Below are positions 31,564 through 40,878 of a stretch of DNA of 64,000 bases, one piece after another; the stretch's first letter is position 1, and every line of letters starts with the position of its first letter. A program made the position numbers and the translations under genes. The notes under the pieces were generated by a model, which was given only the letters and a program-made list of their open reading frames with translations, was not told the origin of the DNA and searched no databases. Origin of the DNA: a bacterium (lineage in GTDB: Bacteria; Hinthialibacterota; Hinthialibacteria; Hinthialibacterales; Hinthialibacteraceae); assembly GCA_963663405.2 (NCBI GenBank), contig CAXXSM010000079.1:21956-85955 (forward strand), in the 5' to 3' direction.

Positions 31564-33148
31564 CTACATTTCATCGCAGTCCTGATCGGTTGCGAATTGT
31601 GTTTCTTGCGAAGTATCGGAATCTCCTAACAGGATTTTTTTCCGTTCAGCGGCTTCATGCCGCAAGCGGTTTTCCTGTTCATCGGAACGTCTTTTCATCA
31701 AGGCTCTAACGTAGAGGTTAATTCCCAAACAAATAAGAATTCCAATTGATCCAAACAGACAAATCACTTTGGCGCAAATACCAGTAACAATGGCGGGCGA
31801 TAAAAGCGGAAATAAACCAACAAAATACAACCCAAATTGTTCGGCCCATTTTCAAATGGGCGTCACCGCGAACGAAAATTCTATCCGCCCACCCAGTTGC
31901 GATAACGGCGGCGAATGCGACATACGTCGTTGACACAGGTAAACCCATCCCTGAAGCGAACGCAATCACACTTCCTGAGACAGAGGTAATAACAGCCGCC
32001 CGTAACGCGTCGTAATGTTGTAATTTATGCTTTTCCGTAAAATGAGGTTCGGGAGCCAAAGCCTCATCGGGTTTCCGTTCCTTGATGAATTGTTTGGCAA
32101 GAGTTACACACCATTTGGGCGCGTATAACCTCACGACATCCCCTTGACTGCCCGTATTCACCTCAGCGCGCGTAACACGCTGAGCGGTTCGTGTGGCCAT
32201 ACCCAACGCCAAGAGGACTCCGCACAAAAGAAGCAGATAGATCGAGACCGGCACTTCAGCCAACATTTTGACGTCTTCCCCTAAATGTTGAAGAATCATC
32301 AAGGAGGAGACACCGGGAGAAGCGCAATTGGCGAGATCGTTTTGACCAAATGCGATGGCTGTCGCCAACATACCTAAAACCGCCATTCCTGCAAACAGAT
32401 TTTTCTGTATGATCTCCCCCCCCAATCGAAGCGCCATCCAAGAAAGAAAAGCCAATACTGCGAACACAATAGTAAGCACAGCAGGGGCTCCAAGCGCTTC
32501 AAATGTGGTTTTTTGTATAGAGGCGACGAAATCTACATGGCTCATCCCTTTGATAAGCATGAAATAGACCAGACCGGTCATAAGAAAGGCCGCGATCCAA
32601 GGCCCATGAAGACGGACTCGTTCCGTATCTTCACATTCTTGACCGATCGCCCCACGAAACGCGCGCTGGATAAAAAAGCCGATTATCCCGCTAAAAATAA
32701 TCGATAGGATAATACCAAGAATCACTCGCCCGCTTGAAATCCACTGGATTGTGTCATAACCGCCGACAGCATAGCCTCCCCCAAGCAACGCGAAAACAAG
32801 AGTGGCCGTCGTCGAGACGGGCATACCATACGAGGAAAAAGAAAAAAGAAGCACAGTATTGGTAATATAAACAGCTAAATAGATTGCGAGAGCATCTGTA
32901 AGAGAAATCGTAGTGGGATCAAAGATTCCTTTCCGGGCGGTTTCCATAACCTGTGAGGATGCGACGGCGCCGAGAATTACAGCGAGTCCCGCAATCCGGA
33001 CAGCCCATTTCCGCTTCATTACCCGGGCTCCAAAAACTGCGTTCACAATATTCGCCGCATCGTTCCGACCCACTTCAATCGTGTTCCAGACAAGCATAAC
33101 ACCGGCTATACAACCTGCGAGATAAAAAAAGATATAGGATTCATTCAT
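31564..33148 (-). CDS. Inorganic phosphate transporter (PiT family), frameshift near 31795
   Basis: GRNDAAN, GMPVSTT, FGQNDLAN, GLPVSTTYV; the C-terminus continues in ORF 31564-31830. Confidence 0.8.
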
Positions 33149-33608
33149 AGCAGGATTCAGCTCCTATTTTCCCTTTGCCTTGTTTTCACGTACCCAAAAT
33201 TACGTAATTGCGGATGAACTTCTTTCAATTGCAGGATGGAAAATTGATTGTGGTTTTTAGAAAAATAGATGAGAGAGACCCATGGCGAGTCAATCAGTGG
33301 ATAACGATTTTGAAATCCTATATAAGGATTATTATTCATGTTCGATCGTTCTGCTCGTCATACCAAAGTGAGTTCGACCGGTTTTAGGGATTCCGAGATA
33401 GTTGTAGTCCTGTTTTGTTTTTTCATTAAACATGGCGCATTGCTGCAAAGCCTTCTATCCAGTGCTGACCCCGGACGTTAAATGAAACTCAAGCCAATTT
33501 TATATACAATAAGTTTCTCAACAACTAGATCAATATTTCCTTTTTTTTCTGGCTTTTAAACGTTTCATTTTATAACGAAAAAACATTAATTTTATTTATT
33601 TTTCAATG

Positions 33609-33677
33609 TTAACATACAATTTACAGACTCGATCGAAAACCTCAAGCCGTTCAGCATGGATTAACAATTCTCTAACA
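33609..33677. promoter_or_regulatory. Two Pho-box-like 11-bp-period direct repeats
   Basis: TTAACA-N5-TTTACA (33609-33625) and TTAACA-N5-CTAACA (33661-33677), upstream of the phosphate transporter. Confidence 0.45.
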
Positions 33678-33691
33678 ATACATAAAATAAC

Positions 33692-33866
33692 ATAGAAAAG
33701 ACCGGCCCAAGCTCCGCCTGGTTACCGGTCTTAAAGTTACCGAAGGTTGGTCAGTTAGCTCCGCCAACATAAACCTTCGTCAATTCCGAAGGCTGTTTCG
33801 GTCACCTCGGCAGTTCACTCGAAATATCCTGTCGAAGTTCCTGTCAACCTTCTCTACAGCACCCAG
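33692..33866 (-). ncRNA. Candidate sigma54-dependent sRNA with GGA-apex hairpins (CsrB/RsmZ-like)
   Basis: GC-rich structured island in an AT-rich intergenic region; GACAGGA x2; GTTGGC-GGA-GCTAAC; CCAGGC-GGA-GCTTGG inside a terminal AGACCGG/CCGGTCT stem followed by Us. Confidence 0.55.
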
Positions 33867-33876
33867 GCTATTTATT

Positions 33877-33892
33877 TACAAATCGTGTGCCA
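33877..33892 (-). promoter_or_regulatory. Sigma54 (-24/-12) promoter
   Basis: TGGCACACGATTTGTA, i.e. GG-N10-GT against consensus TGGCACR-N4-TTGCW; AT-rich upstream region. Confidence 0.6.
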
Positions 33893-34104
33893 ATTCAGTT
33901 TTGAAATAGAAATCCAGGGTTAATTGACAACAAAAAGCATATAAAACACTGATTTAAAAGAGTTTAAAAAATAACAACATAAAAAGCGGCCAGATTGAAC
34001 TTACGAAAAAGAGAACGAATAGAAAAGTGATAAGTAGGAATTTTTTACCTAATGGACAAACCATACCGGAATGAATCGTCTACAGAGACCTACGCGATTT
34101 CTTA

Positions 34105-34803
34105 TTACTCGGTATCCGATCCAGCGGCGACAACAACACCTTCCTGGATTTCATATTCGTCATACGCGTATCCCGGTTTTAAAACACGAGTGATACAACC
34201 GGGTTTCACGGTATCCGAAGATTCCTGTCCAGAACAATGAACATACTCCGGATCAACTTTATCACCGACAACCGCCGTCCGGCGCAGCGGCATTTTATCA
34301 ACCGCGGCGGAAAACAGATCGGCGGACTGACTCATCGGCTTATGGATGAAGATAAAACTGTTCTTTAAAACGCCTAAATCCCCTTCTTCGACCTTTTTGT
34401 CCATGAAAAGCATCGTCTCAAGGAAAAGATCGAACCGTGTCAATAGATCCGCCATCCGGTCTTCCCTGATCGAAACGGTGTCAGCGCCTCTGTAAGAATA
34501 AACCTGGTAGGAGAGCGTCTCCTGTCCATACGGGAATTCCTGCAAGCGGCCCAACCGGCCGGGATGTTCTCCCGATTCTTCCATAACAATCTCCTGCGCC
34601 GAAGAGAGAAACCGTATCAGATGATTATGACATTTCTCAATTGCTGTGCCGATATCTCCTGAGACTGTCGCCGTGTACCGCTCAAACGGTTCCAAGGCGC
34701 GGGAAAAGGCGGGATCCATCCCCCGTGGAAGGGGAGCGACCAGATCAGTCATGGTTCGCCAACTCTCAGCGGGCACATATAAATCTCTAAGGCTTTGGGA
34801 CAT
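34105..34803 (-). CDS. Hypothetical protein with GrpE-like C-terminal beta domain
   Basis: VGDKVDPEYVHC...PGCITRVLKPGY...VVVA. Confidence 0.55.
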   Translation of the reverse strand: MSQSLRDLYVPAESWRTMTDLVAPLPRGMDPAFSRALEPFERYTATVSGDIGTAIEKCHNHLIRFLSSAQEIVMEESGEHPGRLGRLQEFPYGQETLSYQVYSYRGADTVSIREDRMADLLTRFDLFLETMLFMDKKVEEGDLGVLKNSFIFIHKPMSQSADLFSAAVDKMPLRRTAVVGDKVDPEYVHCSGQESSDTVKPGCITRVLKPGYAYDEYEIQEGVVVAAGSDTE

Positions 34804-36187
34804 CTTGAATATTCTCCTCTTTTATTTCAGAAAATCCGGGGCCGCGGGTTTCTTCCTCAGCGGCGCCCCGGTTCGAAAAAGTCTGATAGATCCACTTGCC
34901 AGAATCGGTCAGAGACGCGATGCCGATCCAACTATAAAGGATTAAAAATGGTTCTATCGGCATTCGAAACCGGGTGCGGGCGAAATAGATTAAACAAATA
35001 AAAGTATAGAGAATGATAATAGAGATCAAATGCCCATGACGGAACCGATGAAGGAACGCGTAAACGAATCCCGCAAAGGCCATCAACAAAAGAAACGGAT
35101 TCCACCGGAAAACAGGCCATCGAATCCCGCTGGGGAAATTCAATCCCCTCGTCTGGTTGGTGATGTATTCCTCCCAGGGCCAAGGTTCTATGTCCATTAG
35201 ATACAGAAAATAGAGTTTCATGATTGAATGGCGTATGAGAAGCGATGGATGCTGTATAATATTCTCTACCCCCAGCTGGAAGAAATACCGGTCTTCCAGC
35301 GCCTCATCGGCGCCAAATTGTTCTTTGAATTCCCGGCGGATTTCTTCTTTCTCTCCCGTGTAGAAATAATCATAGTTTGGATGATGTCCGATATAGAAAT
35401 TGACGCCCGAATTGGTCGTGATAAAAACAAAATGGCCCAGTTGAATTGTATTCCGCACACTCCAAGGAATAATGGGGAGCAGCCAGAGAAACAAAGGAAT
35501 CCAGATCGCTGCGCGCCAGCGTTCTTTTGGAATGACCCATAATGTCTTAAAGACGAGAATGGGAAGAAAAACCAACGCCATTGGCCGGATTAAAACCAAA
35601 AGCCCAAGCAGAAGCGAAGCAAGATATAAATAGATGGTTTTTCCGGATGGCGCGCATCGCATCAGGAGCCACGCCCATACAAGAAGGAGAAAAATAAATA
35701 GGGTTTCCGTCATCAGAATCGCGCTGAAGAAGATTTGATCCGCGAACCAGGCAAAAGTTAATCCCGCGCCAAAGGGAATCCAGATCGAGCGGGACCACCA
35801 TGTAAGCGGTGTGTTTTTACGGGCGTTTCTGAGCAGTCTATGCGCGATGAGATACAATAAAACCGCGGAAGCCGAGCTGAGAATCGATTGAATCACACGG
35901 ATTGAAAACAGATAGTTATCGGGAAAGCACTTCATACACGTGGCGATGAAAAGAGGATACAACGGCGCCCGATACGCGAGCCGGCCCGGTTCCATGGCTA
36001 AGAGCGTATGTCTTAGATAATTGAATGCGCATAGATAATAATCTTCCATATCCGAAAAGGGCGGTGGATGTTGAACCCACGCCCATAGCAACCGTGGAAT
36101 CAGGGCGAGGCCAAAAAGCAAGACGCCCAATCCCCACAAAAGGACCACGGGGCGGTCAATCTCCGTTGATAGCGAAAAACGTTTCAT
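34787..36187 (-). CDS. ArnT/PMT (GT-C) family membrane glycosyltransferase
   Basis: SDMEDY, YRAPLYP, MTETL, LIRP, PWSVRN, NFYIG, RFRMPIEP. Confidence 0.85.
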   Translation of the reverse strand: MKRFSLSTEIDRPVVLLWGLGVLLFGLALIPRLLWAWVQHPPPFSDMEDYYLCAFNYLRHTLLAMEPGRLAYRAPLYPLFIATCMKCFPDNYLFSIRVIQSILSSASAVLLYLIAHRLLRNARKNTPLTWWSRSIWIPFGAGLTFAWFADQIFFSAILMTETLFIFLLLVWAWLLMRCAPSGKTIYLYLASLLLGLLVLIRPMALVFLPILVFKTLWVIPKERWRAAIWIPLFLWLLPIIPWSVRNTIQLGHFVFITTNSGVNFYIGHHPNYDYFYTGEKEEIRREFKEQFGADEALEDRYFFQLGVENIIQHPSLLIRHSIMKLYFLYLMDIEPWPWEEYITNQTRGLNFPSGIRWPVFRWNPFLLLMAFAGFVYAFLHRFRHGHLISIIILYTFICLIYFARTRFRMPIEPFLILYSWIGIASLTDSGKWIYQTFSNRGAAEEETRGPGFSEIKEENIQDVPKP

Positions 36188-36357
36188 ATTATCTAGTATT
36201 AAGTTGAAGGTTTTCCCCGTTCATCGTCGGTCTCCAGTCTAAACCTCTTACCCATTCGATTCTAGGAAACCGTTCTTTTGATAGAGCAATCTCAAAACTT
36301 TCCTCAAGGTCTATCGTTTTATTATTTTGGGGGCTGAATGTGCGAAAAGGAGAGAGA

Positions 36358-36774
36358 ATGATGTGGAAAATGGCAATCGGAATCGTTTTGGCTTTTTACG
36401 CCGCGTCTGATGATGAGCGTATCCTATCCATTTTTGGATGGGCGCCGCAGTTGGAAACTAACGAAGATCGCGAAGAGACCGTTATCAAAACTGAATCACT
36501 GAAAGTCTATACAATCCAATATACACCGCGCCGTTCCGAAGGAAAAAGTGTTAAATCTCGACAAGCGCCACGGCGGTTTCAACCATACACGCTTCCTCCG
36601 GATGTGATCATTCAAAGACCGTGGGAGAAATTCCTTCCACCTCGCTGTTCCATTCGAGTTCAGAAGCCGGATCCATCGATGGATTATTCCATCAATCTCA
36701 ATCCACCGCCTCCGAATTACCAAGGATCTATCCGTTTGAATCCTGGCCATTCCAGCAAGAATCAAACTCAATAA
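36358..36774 (+). CDS. Hypothetical Pro-rich exported protein
   Basis: AGGAG RBS, hydrophobic N-terminus, PDPSMDYSI motif. Confidence 0.5.
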   Translation: MMWKMAIGIVLAFYAASDDERILSIFGWAPQLETNEDREETVIKTESLKVYTIQYTPRRSEGKSVKSRQAPRRFQPYTLPPDVIIQRPWEKFLPPRCSIRVQKPDPSMDYSINLNPPPPNYQGSIRLNPGHSSKNQTQ

Positions 36775-38523
36775 TCATTTTTTCTCTCCGTCTTTGCATA
36801 CGAGTGAAGATTCGAGCAGATTGGTGATTTGGGCGTATATGTCATGAAAGATTTGGATAGATTGACCGAATGGATCTTGTATTTCAAAAGAACCTACATT
36901 GTGAAGGCGCCCAAGATAATGTATTTTTGATGCGGCGTATGGATACGAACGCTTTAAAACGGAATGATTTTCTCTATCAAAAACGAAGATGATATCCGCG
37001 CGTTGTATCATCGAATCCGAAAGCGTCTTTGAACGATGAGACCGCATGTCAACTTGGAAATCCTCAGCCGCTTGGATGGCTTCTATTGGACAGGAGCGTT
37101 CACTGATGGGATAATACCCCGCAGAAAAGAACTCTTTCTCTCCCTGCCAAAGCGAGTCCGCGTAATACTGAGCAAATGGGCTTCGGCAAATATTTCCCTT
37201 ACAAACGAATAAAACCGAACGGGCATTCTGAAAATTCTTGATTATTGTTTTCATCTTTCTCGATCGGACCGGTTTCCATTGAGACACTTTGAAACAACCC
37301 CGGTTGAACAATTCAGACGCGCAATGTTGAAAAAACTGCCTGAATTCAACAATGGCCGGCCATAGATCATCCCACACCCACGTATCGCTGGATTCTTTGA
37401 ATTGAAGAAGATGAAACCATTCCATGAACGATTGGATTACTGGAGAATGATTCAAGGTTCGATCGCTCCGATCCGCGCGGAGATTTTGAACCATCCATCG
37501 GAAATCAAGAATCCAGTTACGGCAATAGCGGTGAATCGGATATTCGGTTGGAAAAGAATTTCTATTACGAACAAGCATTTCATAGAGGAAAAAAGGAAAA
37601 TCGATACCGCAAGAGACCGCGAGTGGAAGCGATCCCCAAAAACGGGCGTTGATTTCGACAAAAATCCACTCGCCTGTGGTCAGGTTTTTGCGGAATTCAA
37701 TCATGGCGGCCCCAGTATAGTTCAACTCTCGAATAATACTTTCCGCCGCTCTTCTAAGATCGGGATCAATCGGAACACTCATTCGATACGAACTGCCACC
37801 GCCATGCAGCGGTTCATGAACGCGTTGATGTTGAAACGCGGTTCGAACCTCTCCATCCTTTGATAAAATCTCAATCCCTACACCTGTGCCGAAAAAAAAT
37901 TCCTGCGCTAACAAAGGAAACATATCCCGCCGATTCGCGATCCATTGGACCGCCTCGGCCACATCGAACGCGCGGCCCACCGTATTCCGCCGCCAGAGAG
38001 CCTGTTTCGACACCGAGAAACCGGGTTTAATCACAATTGGAAAACGAAGAGATTCAATGCGTTCACGCGCGGTGTCAGGATTATCAAGAATTACACTCTT
38101 GGGCGCGGGAATGGAAAGGCGGCTGATGAATGTATGGGTTTGGCACTTATTAAAAAGCAGATCATAGTTTTGCTCTTCCGGAATCGCCATCCGGCACAAA
38201 GGTTCGATGCGCCTGCGGTTTTCATGCAGCGGGATAATGAAGGAATCAGCGCATGGAATCAGTAAATCATACCGTTCAGCGGTTAGAATACGGATGAGTT
38301 TCTCGATCCATTCCTCATCCTGACCGATCCGATATTCCGGGAGAATATGAATCTGAGTGATGTATTTTGAGTGGCTGGCAGGATCCGATTCCCGGCAACC
38401 AACGCTATGTACTTGTATGCCTTTCCGGCCTAAGGAGCGCGCGACTGTTAAAAAACTGCGAGTATCGGCGCCGAATACAAGGACTCTGCCGGTAACATCA
38501 GAGGAAACGTTTTGATTACTCAT
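36775..38523 (-). CDS. ATP-grasp (carboxylate-amine ligase-like) / low-molecular-weight protein tyrosine phosphatase fusion
   Basis: VARSLGRKG, IVIKP, QEFF, FVEINARFWGS; C-terminal FVCKGNICRSP and IQDP. Confidence 0.85.
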   Translation of the reverse strand: MSNQNVSSDVTGRVLVFGADTRSFLTVARSLGRKGIQVHSVGCRESDPASHSKYITQIHILPEYRIGQDEEWIEKLIRILTAERYDLLIPCADSFIIPLHENRRRIEPLCRMAIPEEQNYDLLFNKCQTHTFISRLSIPAPKSVILDNPDTARERIESLRFPIVIKPGFSVSKQALWRRNTVGRAFDVAEAVQWIANRRDMFPLLAQEFFFGTGVGIEILSKDGEVRTAFQHQRVHEPLHGGGSSYRMSVPIDPDLRRAAESIIRELNYTGAAMIEFRKNLTTGEWIFVEINARFWGSLPLAVSCGIDFPFFLYEMLVRNRNSFPTEYPIHRYCRNWILDFRWMVQNLRADRSDRTLNHSPVIQSFMEWFHLLQFKESSDTWVWDDLWPAIVEFRQFFQHCASELFNRGCFKVSQWKPVRSRKMKTIIKNFQNARSVLFVCKGNICRSPFAQYYADSLWQGEKEFFSAGYYPISERSCPIEAIQAAEDFQVDMRSHRSKTLSDSMIQRADIIFVFDRENHSVLKRSYPYAASKIHYLGRLHNVGSFEIQDPFGQSIQIFHDIYAQITNLLESSLVCKDGEKK

Positions 38524-39529
38524 GTAGCGCCTTTGTAGATGAACGCTGGACAAAGAAGTGATAAAAATCTGTTAGCCCCGCTCCTGTATAGTTCTTCGAT
38601 GCGGTTTCAAATAGAATTTCCAGATTTTCATACAATTTATCTATACTCTCCCGATCTGGAAATGTTGGGCTGCCGCCGGGCATAAATTCAGATGAATGCA
38701 ACATAAATTCGACGCAACTTCGCTTTTCATGCAATGCGCGTTGGACAATAGCCAGCATCGCATTCAGATTGTTTGTACCCGGACGAAGCCAGGACATTCG
38801 CAATAATCTATTCATCACTCGCCGAAGAAGAGAAATGTTTGGCGCCAGCTTTCGTATTGGTTCAAGCCAAACCCATTTTGTCGATATAATCGTCATGGGA
38901 ACTTCGAGCAGTTTTGAGTTACCGGGTTGTTGTATGTTGTTGAGATCGAGAAAATATGGCTCTTCTAAAAAATGGGTATAATCCGTCCCTCCATTTTGTT
39001 CTGGATCCCCCCGCACATCCCGCCAGGAAATATGCGGCGTGACGGAACAGTCAACCAGATATCCTTTCTCCTCCAGGATCGAGATATAGAATTCATTCAA
39101 CGCCCACCGGCCGGAACGGTGACTGGTCATTTTTATCCCGAATGTGTCTTCCAATAACTGGGTCAAGTAATCAATCTTGTCTCGTATGATTTGTGGTGGA
39201 TACTCGGTTAAATAGGGGAGATATTGATAATCATCATCCGTCAGCGCTTGAATCGGGGGTGAATTCCAAGCATGCAGGTGCATCCCGATTTCCCCCACTT
39301 TTCTCTGTATGACATCCCGGCCAAATTCTTGAAAGACAGGGTCGATGGCCATTTCATAATTGGTTAAATACGTTGGTTTGAATCCATAGTGATCACAGAG
39401 TGATTGGAACCGGGGAAGGAATGAAGCGTTTTGTGTGGTTATATTTTTTGGACTGGTCCAAAGGTTATCCCCTTCCGTATCAATGGTTATCAAAAAGAAA
39501 GGTGGTTGTTGATCTTTCGTGCCATGCAT
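38516..39529 (-). CDS. WalW-like polysaccharide deacetylase
   Basis: ITIDTEGDN, EIGMHLHAW, SHRSGRW, DCSVTP, MLHSSEFMPG. Confidence 0.85.
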   Translation of the reverse strand: MHGTKDQQPPFFLITIDTEGDNLWTSPKNITTQNASFLPRFQSLCDHYGFKPTYLTNYEMAIDPVFQEFGRDVIQRKVGEIGMHLHAWNSPPIQALTDDDYQYLPYLTEYPPQIIRDKIDYLTQLLEDTFGIKMTSHRSGRWALNEFYISILEEKGYLVDCSVTPHISWRDVRGDPEQNGGTDYTHFLEEPYFLDLNNIQQPGNSKLLEVPMTIISTKWVWLEPIRKLAPNISLLRRVMNRLLRMSWLRPGTNNLNAMLAIVQRALHEKRSCVEFMLHSSEFMPGGSPTFPDRESIDKLYENLEILFETASKNYTGAGLTDFYHFFVQRSSTKALHE

Positions 39530-39546
39530 TTGACTGCGCGCCCCCC

Positions 39547-39585
39547 CTCATTTTCCTTTGCGCGTTGCGATCTCAATTATGATGG
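39547..39585 (-). repeat. Element A, 5' half-copy
   Basis: Reverse complement reads CCATCATAATTGAGATCGCAACGCGCAAAGGAAAATGAG, just upstream of ATG 39529. Confidence 0.65.
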
Positions 39586-39643
39586 ATTGTATATATTACA
39601 TAGAGGTGGACCAAAGTCAACAATATGATTCCCACCTAACCAA

Positions 39644-40117
39644 TCATGATAGATTGACGATGAGTTGCACTTCCCCACGGGGCAGGCGAAGTTCTTCAGC
39701 GATTTTTTCAAGCGGCCAGCCTTGGCGGTGGAGTTCGATAATGCGGTCTTTTTCTTTATGCTTGGAAAAACCCTGTTTAGGGGCGAGAGGGACGATACGA
39801 GCTGGAGGCTTTCCAGACTCAACCGGAGGAGGATCAATTTCCATCAGTTTCATTTCCATGCGTTCGCACATCGTTTGAATCGCCTGGGTTTGCACGCGCA
39901 TTCGCTTCAGTTGAGATTCGGTGTAAATCTCAACGTTTTCGACTAAATCCTGCATAAACGTTTGTAAATGATGTAGATCTTTGACGGAAAGAGTCCCCGG
40001 TTTGGGGGGGCTGTGCTCGAATTCCCGCTCGACTTTAGTCAACCGGGTTTTCAACTGGAGCAACCAAGACACCAGTCCTATGTTGAGGAGAATCAACAAG
40101 AATTCAATAATCGACAT
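39644..40117 (-). CDS. DUF2802/DUF6115-like flagellar-locus membrane protein with C-terminal HTH
   Basis: N-terminal TM, coiled coil, QGWPLEKIAEELRLPRGEVQLI. Confidence 0.7.
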   Translation of the reverse strand: MSIIEFLLILLNIGLVSWLLQLKTRLTKVEREFEHSPPKPGTLSVKDLHHLQTFMQDLVENVEIYTESQLKRMRVQTQAIQTMCERMEMKLMEIDPPPVESGKPPARIVPLAPKQGFSKHKEKDRIIELHRQGWPLEKIAEELRLPRGEVQLIVNLS

Positions 40118-40255
40118 CACTGCCCTCAACCGAAAAAATCGGAATGAAATCTATAGAAAATAAAGATAAAATTGGTTCATCCGGTAAGTAAATACGTAAA
40201 GTAAAAAATATTCTCTTTCCATGGAAGTTTGTGTATCCATGTTCACCTATCAGTA

Positions 40256-40302
40256 TGTCCCTCCGGGACAAAAGAAAATAGCCCAGGGTTTTAACCCTGG
40301 GG
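40256..40302. repeat. Double palindrome (REP-like)
   Basis: TGTCCC-TCC-GGGACA and CCCAGGGTT-TT-AACCCTGGG. Confidence 0.5.
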
Positions 40303-40379
40303 ATAGAGGCATGTGCTTTCTCGTTATTAGCAGCATTTACAAATAGTACTCACTTACCAAATGAGCCATAAAATATACG

Positions 40380-40712
40380 TTACGCCTGAATATCCAGGAT
40401 ATGTCCATGAACGCCGTCGCTGGCGCGAGGCTGGGTTTGTGTTTTCTCTTTTTCATCCCGCCGCGCGGCCCGGCGGCGGGGGAGTTTTCTTTTGGAACCG
40501 GTGTCCCCGCGTTCCGTGTCTTCTTCGTTGATGCGGTCTTTCTCGCTCTGTTCCTTCGTTTCCCGGACAGAGCGCTGCTCTTCCAGGACATCTTCCTCGT
40601 TCTCCTGCATGAGGATAACAGGAGTCGATTGAACCTGCGTTTGCTGTGTCTGCTGCATCTGCTGCATCACAGGCATGTTGGCTAACGGATTCTGGAAGTC
40701 GGCGAGACTCAT
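40380..40712 (-). CDS. Hypothetical protein typical of flagellar loci
   Basis: Gln-rich, then charged, ending GHILDIQA; lies downstream of fliA. Confidence 0.6.
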   Translation of the reverse strand: MSLADFQNPLANMPVMQQMQQTQQTQVQSTPVILMQENEEDVLEEQRSVRETKEQSEKDRINEEDTERGDTGSKRKLPRRRAARRDEKEKTQTQPRASDGVHGHILDIQA

Positions 40713-40824
40713 TCCCGCGCACCTGCCTCGTTCAAATCGTTACAATACGGCGCGGCTATATTATAACAATTTTAACATGCAATACAAGCGGGTTTATTAA
40801 AAAGGATAGGCTATTATAGATAGA

Positions 40825-40862
40825 ACCGGGCAGGAGTAAAATTGTCACATCTCCTGCCCGGT
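40825..40862 (-). terminator. Probable terminator hairpin
   Basis: ACCGGGCAGGAG...CTCCTGCCCGGT after the stop at 40879; weak U-tract. Confidence 0.55.
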
Positions 40863-40878
40863 CACTAGGATTCGTCAA

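Noticed and set aside
33672-33770. 32-codon minus-strand ORF inside the sRNA candidate
   Set aside because: Poor RBS spacing, a start buried in a stem, and it reads through the terminator.
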